DNA of 38,883 nucleotides from a virus (IMGVR_UViG_3300037722_000236:1-38883); one strand, 5' to 3'. Shown: positions 19,132-27,142, counted from the first letter of the stretch. Notes: generated from the sequence alone by a model not told the origin. Made by a program: numbers and translations.

Positions 19132-19518
19132 TTACTGTTCAGATATAAAGACGTTCCAATCTTCGGCTGAAATTTCTGAAATGCTGAGTAAAACTACCTC
19201 CGTCATGTTTGGATATAATTCATTCGACAATTCAACACATCTTTTTATGGTTGGGTGTTCATCGGTGGTCTGGATATCAAAATTGTTAAATCCTATGCTG
19301 CCATTTGGACGTTTACCCATCGTACAGACAAAGAAATAACGTGTTCCCTGTTCCTTTGACCTTAGCTGCGTTTGCAACTCATTGTTTTCACGCCTTAATT
19401 CGTCCATTTCTTCAATGTGCAAATTTAATGACCGTTCTTTGATTTTAACTATTTCATTTAGCCTATCCCAATCATTAGCTTTCTTCCTAATTTTCTTTTG
19501 TCTTTCCGTGTTTGCCAT
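19132..19518 (-). CDS. Hypothetical protein, N-terminal coiled coil
   Basis: 128 aa with an AAACCTTAAAATCAAATTAT leader. Confidence 0.65.
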   Translation of the reverse strand: MANTERQKKIRKKANDWDRLNEIVKIKERSLNLHIEEMDELRRENNELQTQLRSKEQGTRYFFVCTMGKRPNGSIGFNNFDIQTTDEHPTIKRCVELSNELYPNMTEVVLLSISEISAEDWNVFISEQ

Positions 19519-19539
19519 ATAATTTGATTTTAAGGTTTG

Positions 19540-19573
19540 AAAAGAAGCACCCCACTCTAGGCAGGGTACTTTC
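19540..19573 (-). terminator. Intrinsic terminator
   Basis: GAAAGTACCCTGC-CTAGA-GTGGGGTGCTTCTTTT on the minus strand. Confidence 0.6.
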
Positions 19574-19583
19574 TATTTTGGAT

Positions 19584-19670
19584 TGGCTCCTGCTACACAA
19601 TCATGTCGATTATCCGGTTTTGCTGTTTGGAACAGACGGGGCATCGCTTCACCTTAAACCCCAAGCAGGT
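19584..19670 (-). ncRNA. Cloverleaf, tRNA-like RNA ending in CCA
   Basis: CCTGCT/AGCAGG closing stem, three internal hairpins (middle loop TTCCAAA), 3' AGCCA, then a terminator. There is no canonical T-loop. Confidence 0.4.
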
Positions 19671-19684
19671 TATGTGATATAAAG

Positions 19685-20068
19685 TTAAGAAATTATTTCG
19701 TTGCATGGTAGTTCTTCCCCCATTACTGTAAAAAATAAATTCTGCAATTGATGCAAATATTTAATTGTAGATACCGGATATCCATCAATAGCCCAATAGC
19801 AAAACTCTTTTCTTATATATACTAACAATGAAGTGTCAATATCAAAATTATACTTTTTGTAAGTGTTGGTTCGTTCTTTCACAAACCCTATCTTAATCAG
19901 TATTTCTTCGATCAGTTCAACGCCTTTTACATCTGAGATTGAAATATTATTGACATTGCACTCCTTTTTGTCGAACGTGACAATATCTCTGACGACATCG
20001 ATATTCCCCGTGGAAATCCACTGTATCACGCTCCCGACCCTGAGTTCATTCGGCTGTATTTTCATCAT
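19685..20068 (-). CDS. Conserved phage protein (ELRxG...YLHQLQNL family)
   Basis: Motifs NELRVGS and IKYLHQLQNLFFTVMGEEL. Start reset to MMKIQPNELR. Confidence 0.7.
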   Translation of the reverse strand: MMKIQPNELRVGSVIQWISTGNIDVVRDIVTFDKKECNVNNISISDVKGVELIEEILIKIGFVKERTNTYKKYNFDIDTSLLVYIRKEFCYWAIDGYPVSTIKYLHQLQNLFFTVMGEELPCNEIIS

Positions 20069-20234
20069 TTTTTGATTTATTTTCAACTGTTCGACCATCC
20101 ACATAGTCTTTAACTCTCTCAACCACTAAGTCTTGAATATAGTTTTTAGAGTCAGTACCTAGATCAACACACATCTTTTCAAGGTTTTTCTTAATTTCAA
20201 CCGGAAGATGTATTTGTTTTGGGAATTTTTTCAT
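20046..20234 (-). CDS. Ribbon-helix-helix DNA-binding protein
   Basis: KQIHLPVEIKKNLEKMCVDLG...YIQDLV pattern. Confidence 0.6.
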   Translation of the reverse strand: MKKFPKQIHLPVEIKKNLEKMCVDLGTDSKNYIQDLVVERVKDYVDGRTVENKSKNDENTAE

Positions 20235-20246
20235 ATTTAATTTGAT

Positions 20247-20486
20247 TTAATTGCCAACTATCTTTTCAGATTCGGTTGGTGGTTTAGATTGGTTCATTTG
20301 AATTGCAATTTGATGGAGAACTAATACCCGATTCTTCATCTCATGCCATAAGATGAATGCCTTGCCTCTCCTACTGGTAGTCTCATTTTCATTTTGCCAT
20401 ATCCTACGAAGATTATGTGCTCGCTGATACCAAATATCTCCAAACTCATAGAACTTTGCTTCTGTTTTGATATTTCTTAACTGCAT
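20247..20486 (-). CDS. Hypothetical protein
   Basis: 79 aa, in operon. Confidence 0.6.
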   Translation of the reverse strand: MQLRNIKTEAKFYEFGDIWYQRAHNLRRIWQNENETTSRRGKAFILWHEMKNRVLVLHQIAIQMNQSKPPTESEKIVGN

Positions 20487-20492
20487 CTTTAC

Positions 20493-20753
20493 TTATTTAA
20501 CATTAACAAACCCCAACTCTCCATTCGCAAAATCAATCGCATCGTCAATAGATTTTAAGATTGCTTTCCACATTGCCCATTTGTGGCTTGTTTGGATGAA
20601 TTTGAAGCCATCATTGACTGACCCACAAGAAGGAGTAATTGAATAAGTTTTAGCCTTGTAATCTATCTCTAGCACTACTGTAGCTTGTTGATACTTACCT
20701 GCTAAATCTTCATACTCTGTTTTAAATAGGAATTTGCTGTTTACTTTTTCCAT
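20493..20753 (-). CDS. Hypothetical protein
   Basis: 86 aa, first gene after the promoter at 20784-20814. Confidence 0.65.
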   Translation of the reverse strand: MEKVNSKFLFKTEYEDLAGKYQQATVVLEIDYKAKTYSITPSCGSVNDGFKFIQTSHKWAMWKAILKSIDDAIDFANGELGFVNVK

Positions 20754-20783
20754 GTGTTATATTTTTAGGTTTTAAACTCAATC

Positions 20784-20814
20784 CAAAGATACACCAGATA
20801 TATCACATATCCAA
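20784..20814 (-). promoter_or_regulatory. Bacteroidota sigma-70-type promoter
   Basis: TTG-N20-TATCTTTG on the minus strand. Confidence 0.65.
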
Positions 20815-20843
20815 TATGTCTTAGCAAAAAAGTTCATAAAATG

Positions 20844-20939
20844 AAAAACGGGGAAAGCTTAGTAGCAAACCCCGTCTTAAACAAACCTAAAAATCACTTA
20901 ATTATGCAGAAAAATGGATGTGTTGGATGACCAAATATA
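20844..20939 (-). ncRNA. Candidate ~85 nt sRNA with its own promoter and terminator
   Basis: TATATTTG at 20932-20939, a U-rich body, and terminator ACGGGG...CCCCGTTTTT at 20844-20876. Confidence 0.5.
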
Positions 20940-20978
20940 GTGATTATTTTAATGCTGGTCAATCTTTCATCAAATAAT

Positions 20979-21224
20979 TCAATAAGATGGACAATCTCTT
21001 TGTAGTCCGCCAGTGTCAGACGGTTTAATGCTTACTCCATCACCTACAAGCTCTAATTGACCGATATCAAAATATTCCCCATCTGGACGCTTACTGTCTT
21101 TGCCAACTTTAGGCACAATACAATATTGAACACATCCATTCAGGTACTCAACACGGGATGTAGCAATCCCTTCAAAAGCTGTGACTTTGTCACGTAACTT
21201 ACTTCCTAATTTAAATTCCATCAT
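20979..21224 (-). CDS. Conserved phage hypothetical protein
   Basis: LGSKLRDKVTAFEGIAT...YLNGCVQY motif. Confidence 0.7.
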   Translation of the reverse strand: MMEFKLGSKLRDKVTAFEGIATSRVEYLNGCVQYCIVPKVGKDSKRPDGEYFDIGQLELVGDGVSIKPSDTGGLQRDCPSY

Positions 21225-21403
21225 TTTTCATTGTTTTTATGCTCTTTACGAGCGGTTAATTTAATCTCAGATATAATTTGTCTTAGTTTCTGAATCTCAG
21301 ACCTTAATTCAATGTTTTCCTTGTTAAGATCAGATGCAAGCTACTTTAAATTCTCAAAAGCTTCATATTTTGTCAAAGACCTATAACCTCCTCCGGTTGT
21401 CAT
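21221..21403 (-). pseudogene. Small coiled-coil gene with in-frame TAG
   Basis: MTTGGGYRSLTKYEAFENLK*LASDLNKENIELRSEIQKLRQ...; TAG at 21341-21343. Both ends are ATGA-coupled to neighbours. Confidence 0.6.
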
Positions 21404-21633
21404 TTTTGGGATGGCTTCAAGTTATTATTAATTATCACATCTATACAGTCTAAACATATGTGTTTATCTGCCTTACGTACATCGTCAATAAGCTCGTAAG
21501 CACCAAATTTGGTTTCGTCTACCTTTATTGTGCAATTCCAAAAGAGACATTTGATTTCTTCTCTTTTTTTGGTTTCCATACACAAGTTGCATTTATAAAT
21601 AGTTTCTGCGCTCATACCTTCAACTTTTTCCAC
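21400..21633 (-). CDS. CxxC..CxxC zinc-finger protein
   Basis: CNLC...HICLDC. The real start may be the second Met (MSAETIY). Confidence 0.6.
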   Translation of the reverse strand: MEKVEGMSAETIYKCNLCMETKKREEIKCLFWNCTIKVDETKFGAYELIDDVRKADKHICLDCIDVIINNNLKPSQK

Positions 21634-21809
21634 GATTCACTATTCTCAACCTTCTCCCACTCCTTATTAAACACTTCCTCACGCTGAATATGTTCAGAAA
21701 GTATGTGTTCGACCATCCAACTAAATGAACGTTTATCATTGTCAGCCAGATACTTTACTTGTTCCCTGACTTTTTTGTCAATTGTAATACTTACTCTATC
21801 CTTTGGCAT
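21612..21809 (-). CDS. CopG/Arc-like ribbon-helix-helix regulator
   Basis: RVSITIDKKVREQVKYLADNDKRSFSWMVEHIL. Confidence 0.8.
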   Translation of the reverse strand: MPKDRVSITIDKKVREQVKYLADNDKRSFSWMVEHILSEHIQREEVFNKEWEKVENSESWKKLKV

Positions 21810-21813
21810 AATG

Positions 21814-22074
21814 TTACTTTTTTAGTTTTAGGATTGATTGTTTGTCAGTTTCCGCATTGCTGTAAGATACCCCATATTCTTTCAGAAATCTCAAAGCAAC
21901 ATCAGCTGCATCATCAATAGCTTGGTTGTAGGCTTCTTTATAAACTTCTTTTTGTGCTAGATTAATAGCATCGCTGATATAATACTCAACAGATGGATTT
22001 AATGTAACTTCCAATTGTAGTTCTTCTGGCGTAGTCTGATAAGCTTCGCAAAGTATTTCTATTGGGTTTCTCAT
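21814..22074 (-). CDS. Hypothetical protein
   Basis: AYNQAIDDAA...DKQSILKLK motif. Confidence 0.65.
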   Translation of the reverse strand: MRNPIEILCEAYQTTPEELQLEVTLNPSVEYYISDAINLAQKEVYKEAYNQAIDDAADVALRFLKEYGVSYSNAETDKQSILKLKK

Positions 22075-22084
22075 ATCTCTTATT

Positions 22085-22369
22085 TTAATAGTTCTCGCTT
22101 AGATTATACTCTTCAATCATTTCTTCTGCTTTTTTCCTATCCTGATTAGGCTGCTTTGTTAGTTGAGATTCATTATACCAACTAATTTCATCTACAATTT
22201 TACCATTTTCTATCTGATAAACAGAATAATCCCAAGTGTTCGACCCTCCATATTCCTGACTATGAGTTCCGGCTACAATACCGATAAACCCACCTTCAAA
22301 GTGTTTCATGTCTTTTGGCATTTCATCATCCACTTTGACAAACGTTAATTTTCTGAATTTTTGTTTCAT
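22085..22369 (-). CDS. Hypothetical protein
   Basis: 94 aa, coupled to its upstream gene. Confidence 0.65.
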   Translation of the reverse strand: MKQKFRKLTFVKVDDEMPKDMKHFEGGFIGIVAGTHSQEYGGSNTWDYSVYQIENGKIVDEISWYNESQLTKQPNQDRKKAEEMIEEYNLSENY

Positions 22370-22746
22370 TTCTCTGCATTTTTTTTATTAGATAACTCAT
22401 TTGTAAGCCTGTCAATCCGACCTTTAAGAACCTCAATAGTATGGTCTCTCGCTATCATATCTTCATTCAGCCTTTTGCTAGGGCAAAACTCACACCTTAC
22501 CAATTCACGTTCTGAACCTTCATTTGCATCTTCACCCCTTGCTTTGAGCATTGCATCAGCGTACATATACCGAATGATAGCCTGATAGTTGATTGCCCAT
22601 TCAATCTGAGTTATCGGATCGTCTGACCATTCTAAGCCATATTTTTCACTAAACATCAAATCAGTTTTCTCGTCTATAATTTCAGGAATTAAATCGGTCG
22701 TCATACTCATTGCCAATTCATCCCGAAGTGTTTTTCGTGTTTTCAT
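22366..22746 (-). CDS. Hypothetical protein (TLRD...Y.YADAMLKAR family)
   Basis: Motifs KTLRDELAM and RYMYADAMLKARG. Start reset to MKTRKTLRD. Confidence 0.65.
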   Translation of the reverse strand: MKTRKTLRDELAMSMTTDLIPEIIDEKTDLMFSEKYGLEWSDDPITQIEWAINYQAIIRYMYADAMLKARGEDANEGSERELVRCEFCPSKRLNEDMIARDHTIEVLKGRIDRLTNELSNKKNAEK

Positions 22747-22939
22747 GATTAATAGTTTTAGATTGTTCATACTTTTTAAGCTCATAAATCGTAGCCTCGA
22801 TCATTAACTTAAATCCTGCGCCCCTTTCTGCATGTTAATGCCACGGTTTGCCTGACCTCATTAATTCAATACACTCTCTTTTGTTACGTTTAAATTCAGT
22901 CAGATATTCCATTAATTGTTCTTCGAGTAGTTCTTTCAT
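22718..22939 (-). pseudogene. Small gene with in-frame TAA
   Basis: MKELLEEQLMEY...GKPWH*HAERGAGFKLMIEATIYELKKY...; TAA at 22835-22837. The ATG is coupled to the upstream stop. Confidence 0.55.
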
Positions 22940-23148
22940 GATTTCATTTGTTTAAACTTTTCAATCTTTACATCATCCCACAAAGCATCGACCAAACTAT
23001 CTAAAACTACTTCTTTAGCATTTCGACTACTAAACGGGTCAACAAACATAGTTTTAGCAGGTCTTAATGGTTTTATACCCAAAGGAACTTTCCATTCAAG
23101 AAACAGCCTTAACTGATCTTTAGATTCAAATTTTTGTTTCATGGTCAA
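22936..23148 (-). CDS. Hypothetical protein
   Basis: 70 aa, coupled to the MazG-like gene. Confidence 0.6.
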   Translation of the reverse strand: MTMKQKFESKDQLRLFLEWKVPLGIKPLRPAKTMFVDPFSSRNAKEVVLDSLVDALWDDVKIEKFKQMKS

Positions 23149-23540
23149 TACTTTTTACCGTGCTTATGTTCCCTTGTCGCATTGTACTCCCTCTTTTTTT
23201 CGATGTGAAAATCAATATCAATACCGAGTCCTCCGCAAAGGTCAAAAAGCCTGATAAACGTATCCGCAATTTCATCTTCAAAAGTGTCCTTGATGTTTGA
23301 CTCAAAACTTTGTTTAAGCCGTTCCTGAAAAGGCACGACATCACTACCCGTATTGCAGTCAATCTCAAAGAAATGAGGATTTGCATTTCGTCCTTTTCTG
23401 TCTGCCTCCAAAGCCTCTGCAAGTTCGGAAACGATCAGCATAAGGGTCTGACCAATATTCTCATTGGCTACATCGAAACCTTTCAATTTGTTGGCTTCAT
23501 AAACTTCTTTAGCAACGCTGTTAAAATTTGTTTTTGTCAT
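23145..23540 (-). CDS. MazG-like NTP pyrophosphohydrolase
   Basis: LIVSELAEALEADR...EDEIADTFIRLFDL...NATREHKHGKKY (ExxE...ExxD). Confidence 0.85.
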   Translation of the reverse strand: MTKTNFNSVAKEVYEANKLKGFDVANENIGQTLMLIVSELAEALEADRKGRNANPHFFEIDCNTGSDVVPFQERLKQSFESNIKDTFEDEIADTFIRLFDLCGGLGIDIDFHIEKKREYNATREHKHGKKY

Positions 23541-23558
23541 AGTATCTAGTCTTTTAAG

Positions 23559-23810
23559 TTATCCAGCTACCCCATCGTTCCAGTGACCAAGATAGAAATA
23601 CCCATTGTCCCTATTTTTGTCATATGCGAACATTACGTCAAAGTCGCTATGCATGTATTTTTTCACTACGCGTTCGACGTTTAAAAAAAGACATGGATTT
23701 GCTTCTGTATGAATCTTGTTCATATTGGAATCAAGAACAAACTTAAACTCGATAGGCTTTAATAATTTTTTTTCTTTAGGCTCTTCGCCTAATACAATAC
23801 ATTTTGTCAT
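23559..23810 (-). CDS. Hypothetical protein
   Basis: 83 aa with an A-rich leader. Confidence 0.6.
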   Translation of the reverse strand: MTKCIVLGEEPKEKKLLKPIEFKFVLDSNMNKIHTEANPCLFLNVERVVKKYMHSDFDVMFAYDKNRDNGYFYLGHWNDGVAG

Positions 23811-23829
23811 TTTGTTTGATTTTTAAGGT

Positions 23830-24381
23830 TTATCTAAAGCTTGAAGCTTCTTCACATGACTTGTTATAACTTTTCTGTTTTGATAATGCGGCTTGTTTTG
23901 CTTCGTCCATCGTTTCAAATAAGTCTATGTTCCCAAACCAATAGCTATTATTTATCAGAAAATTGTTATTATTCCGTCTACTTGGAACTACGGAATTAAT
24001 AGTGACTCTTGCTGCAAAATAATCTCTGACTTCCTCATATCGAACTCGAACCATACGGTTAAACTTTTGCACGTGCGTTGGCTTTGTTACTACATACGAG
24101 ACTATGAAAATATCACTACCAATCGGGTGACCAACTAAAAACTCATCAATAAACTTTTGGTTTTTAGCGATCAATTCTATCTCTCTTTGGTCAAGTTTGT
24201 TTTTATAAGATGGCTTTCCCGTGCATTTCTCCATGTGCCGCCTAAAGCCGTTCTCTGTTTTCCATTTCGGAGCAGTATATCCATGCCTATGACAATTGTA
24301 CGGGCATCTATAATTACCCATTTTTGTTGGCTTGACTATTTTTCCTTCAAAATCTATTTCCGGCAATACTTTTTTACTCAT
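23830..24381 (-). CDS. Hypothetical protein with N-terminal Cys/His zinc-binding motif
   Basis: YRCPYNC...FRRHMEKC. Confidence 0.65.
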   Translation of the reverse strand: MSKKVLPEIDFEGKIVKPTKMGNYRCPYNCHRHGYTAPKWKTENGFRRHMEKCTGKPSYKNKLDQREIELIAKNQKFIDEFLVGHPIGSDIFIVSYVVTKPTHVQKFNRMVRVRYEEVRDYFAARVTINSVVPSRRNNNNFLINNSYWFGNIDLFETMDEAKQAALSKQKSYNKSCEEASSFR

Positions 24382-24420
24382 GATTGTTTAATTTATAGGT
24401 TAATAAAACAAATGACAGAC

Positions 24421-24596
24421 CTACCAGCCTTCAAATTCAGGAAGATTAAGAAATTCATTTTCATCCATTTCTTCGCACGAAATTTTAAATTCATCACCTG
24501 CGTCCATGTTTTCAAGTTCGCACACTAAGTCACCAGCCAACGATACAACGAAGGTGTCATCTTCTCTATTAAGTTTCCATACTTTTATTTTTCCAT
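24421..24596 (-). pseudogene. Acidic small gene frameshifted in an A-run
   Basis: ATG GAA AAA TAA. Adding one A restores MEKIKVWKLNREDD...MDENEFLNLPEFEGW. It is the first gene after the promoter at 24616. Confidence 0.6.
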
Positions 24597-24615
24597 GTTT
24601 TAAGGTTCAATAATC

Positions 24616-24646
24616 CAAAGATAGGTATTATCTGGTAATACTAAAT
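24616..24646 (-). promoter_or_regulatory. Bacteroidota-type promoter with palindromic spacer
   Basis: TTTA-GTATTACCAGATAATACC-TATCTTTG on the minus strand. Confidence 0.6.
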
Positions 24647-24685
24647 AACACTAACAAGGTTTTTTTGATATTTTTTGTGGAAAGT

Positions 24686-24806
24686 CTATTCAGGTTTAAT
24701 TATATCATAGATTGACCTTCGACCCTCAAAAACATCCTCTAAGCTCCTATCAGGAATATCCGGCAGATACAGAGCAAAATATATTCTTATTTGTTTCTAA
24801 TTTCAT
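24686..24806 (-). pseudogene. Internally deleted gene, possibly PAPS-reductase-like
   Basis: MKLETNKNIFCSVSAGYS* is joined out of frame to PDRSLEDVFEGRRSIYDIIKPE*. SVSAGYS resembles a PP-loop start. Confidence 0.35.
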
Positions 24807-24840
24807 TAAATGATATTTTTAGTTTGATTTTTAAGTATTC

Positions 24841-24872
24841 CAAAGATATGTCATATATCTGAGATATGCAAA
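24841..24872 (-). promoter_or_regulatory. Consensus Bacteroidota promoter
   Basis: TTTG-N20-TATCTTTG on the minus strand. Confidence 0.75.
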
Positions 24873-25507
24873 GAGAAAAGCCAATAGACGTTTTTTACTT
24901 GAAATTATATATCGAAATGCCATTGGGAACGTGTATTGGTCTTTTTTTACCCCTACCCCCCTATCTGTTAGCCTTGTATCGTTTCTTTCTGTGTGGGTGC
25001 TCTATTCGATTAAGAGAGGCTATTAACTACAGGAAGGAAGGAATACAAACCCATTCGCCGGGCAAAGATTAAACTACTTTCAACTGTCCTATTCGATCAG
25101 ATATCCAGATAGTTAGCCAGTCATTCCAATAGATTAAACCTATCGAATAAACCTATTTAATAGATTACAATTATCTTTCGTAATAACAACTATAAGTCAA
25201 ACAATATATTCAACACTAATCCATTGATTAATAGTATTTTAACCTATCCATTTGTTGATTATGTAACGATATTCAAGGCTTATTAAAACTATGACTATTT
25301 GTCATGCTGGATATGTTAAACTATACTTGTCTTCGCCCCGTGTAGCAAGTAGACTAACTGACTGATATATTGATCTTTGTATTTTTACCCTGTTTTGTGC
25401 TTTATTGTTTAGTTGATAGGCGTTATTTACCCTTACTTTGGCTGTTTAATGCTGATCTAGCCGGATTGATTGACCAGATAATACCAGGCAAGCCGTAACC
25501 GATGGAC

Positions 25508-25545
25508 AAAGAAAAACCCCGCAAACATTGAGTTCACGGGGCTTT
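25508..25545 (-). terminator. Intrinsic terminator after TerS
   Basis: AAAGCCCCGTGAAC-TCAAT-GTTTGCGGGGTTTTTCTTT on the minus strand. Confidence 0.75.
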
Positions 25546-25599
25546 CAACCTAAAATCAAACCTAAACTAAACACATGAAAAACTAATCAAACCTATATT

Positions 25600-26160
25600 T
25601 TAAACCTCGTCATCAAGTGACTGACTTATTTGTTTTGCATCTTCCCGGGTGATCTTAATACTTGTAATAGCTTCAAACCCTTTGCCGTCGCTGGTGATAT
25701 CCTGTTTATCCTTAAGTCCTTCAATCCTTGCCACAATCATTGGATTGTAAGCCCCAACCATTGCACCCTCAAGCTTTTGATTGCTGATAATTTCCTTAAT
25801 ACGTGTAATGATTAAAGAAAATTCGGACGCCATTTCCCTATCTTTCATATTTTCCAACCCTCTTTCAAAATCATTAAGATACTGAGAATGAACACCAAGG
25901 AACAAACAAAGGGATTGAATTGTTAACGGGGTTGCAGTGTCAAGATATACCTTTTCTCCTGCGTTTGGGCCTGACTTAATGAAGTCTTCTTTTTTCCAGA
26001 CTCTTTCTTTCATTACTTCGAGCCATTCATTTATCCCATCTGTAAGCTGCTGTGGGGTTTCAAATATTCGGTTTCTGCCTATTGTGCCACGTTCGAAAGC
26101 TATTTTCCAAATGTTATTCCCTTTTTGGAATTTAGTATCTGTATTTAAGTTTTCAGCCAT
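25600..26160 (-). CDS. terS: Terminase small subunit (P22 gp3-like DNA-packaging protein)
   Basis: GRNRIFETPQQL, PLTIQSLCLFLG, QKLEGAMVGAYNPMIVARIEGLKDK. Confidence 0.88.
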   Translation of the reverse strand: MAENLNTDTKFQKGNNIWKIAFERGTIGRNRIFETPQQLTDGINEWLEVMKERVWKKEDFIKSGPNAGEKVYLDTATPLTIQSLCLFLGVHSQYLNDFERGLENMKDREMASEFSLIITRIKEIISNQKLEGAMVGAYNPMIVARIEGLKDKQDITSDGKGFEAITSIKITREDAKQISQSLDDEV

Positions 26161-26291
26161 ATTCTTTTTTTTTGTTTCTGTTTATCTGTTTACCCGCTAC
26201 GCGGGTTTGTTTACTCTCTCTATTCTTTTCTTATTACTGTTCTACTCTACAAATGATTTAAAGCCTTTTTGTTGGTCAGTCAATCACAAAT

Positions 26292-26418
26292 CAAAGTTAT
26301 AGAATAAATTGATCAAATAAAACAGTTTCATAGATAAAGTTTATTAGGTGGTTTTGTTGGTCTGTTTATTGGGTTGATAGATGATAGACAAAATCTATGA
26401 CCGATAGATATTTTCGAT
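26292..26418 (-). promoter_or_regulatory. TerS promoter with a cluster of ATAGA-N5-TCTAT-like boxes
   Basis: TAACTTTG (minus, 26292-26299). Boxes at 26330-26344, 26384-26398 and 26404-26418. Confidence 0.55.
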
Positions 26419-26448
26419 GAAAGAAAAGTGCTTTTTTCTATTGTTTTA

Positions 26449-26479
26449 TTTGCAGTGTTGCTAATTATATCTATATTTG
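26449..26479 (+). promoter_or_regulatory. Consensus early promoter for the rightward arm
   Basis: TTTG (26449-26452)-N19-TATATTTG (26472-26479). Confidence 0.8.
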
Positions 26480-26629
26480 TATAGAGAGATTTACTTATTC
26501 TTTCGTTCGTTCTTTGCTTTATGGGGAAAATCTTAGTCTTAGAAGCCGGAAGTTTGGCCGTTTTAGTTAACAGTTACTATGATAAACGGGTCTGGATGAA
26601 ACCGGGAATAAATAAGAAAGTTGAAAAAA

Positions 26630-26691
26630 TACCTTAGATTGGTCAATCCTGAGACGTGTCCGGGATGCTGTTCGATTCAGTAATAAGGTAC
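26630..26691 (+). ncRNA. tRNA-like element in leader
   Basis: TACCTTA/TAAGGTA stem, an internal hairpin, and T-arm GCTG-TTCGATT-CAGT. Confidence 0.5.
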
Positions 26692-26713
26692 AAACCCTTT
26701 AAATTATTTAATT

Positions 26714-27142
26714 ATGAAAACTTATATTTTTACAGACAGCGAAGGACAAGAGACAGTGATTCATGCATCTAAATTCTATGAAAATGGCGAGGCTTTTATT
26801 TATTGTTCGGATGAAATAGAAACACTTCGTAAATTGTGGAATTCTGCCTCTGATAAAAACAAGGTTATTGTCGCCGAGACAGAAATTAATAACGAGCTTG
26901 AGGTTATGAAATTAATGGGTGATAACATTAAGTATAAACCTATTATTGTATCCTATGAACGCTCCCGTGAATATGGCGGGGCGGAAGAAGGCGGGTGGTA
27001 TTATACCTGCTACTCATGCCCTGAGGAAGTTGAGAGTCATGAGAACAATGAAGAATCCGGTGTTTATCACGTTTACGATGTTACTTTTGATGAAATAGTG
27101 TTCGGTGAGAATGAGACTATTAATCGTCCTTATTATTGCTAG
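26714..27142 (+). CDS. Acidic early protein (YGGxEEGGW motif)
   Basis: REYGGAEEGGWYY. First gene of the early arm. Confidence 0.7.
   Translation: MKTYIFTDSEGQETVIHASKFYENGEAFIYCSDEIETLRKLWNSASDKNKVIVAETEINNELEVMKLMGDNIKYKPIIVSYERSREYGGAEEGGWYYTCYSCPEEVESHENNEESGVYHVYDVTFDEIVFGENETINRPYYC

Noticed and set aside
21341-21343. Genome-wide stop-codon reassignment (TAG to Gln)
   Set aside because: Long genes are intact under the standard code, TAG ends several normal genes (1833, 18653, 27142, 27958, 29665), and no suppressor tRNA is seen.
24866-25072. Plus-strand 68 aa ORF
   Set aside because: Starts inside a minus-strand promoter, has no A-rich leader and has atypical composition.
25937-26302. 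Plus-strand 121 aa ORF
   Set aside because: Antisense to terS and its leader.
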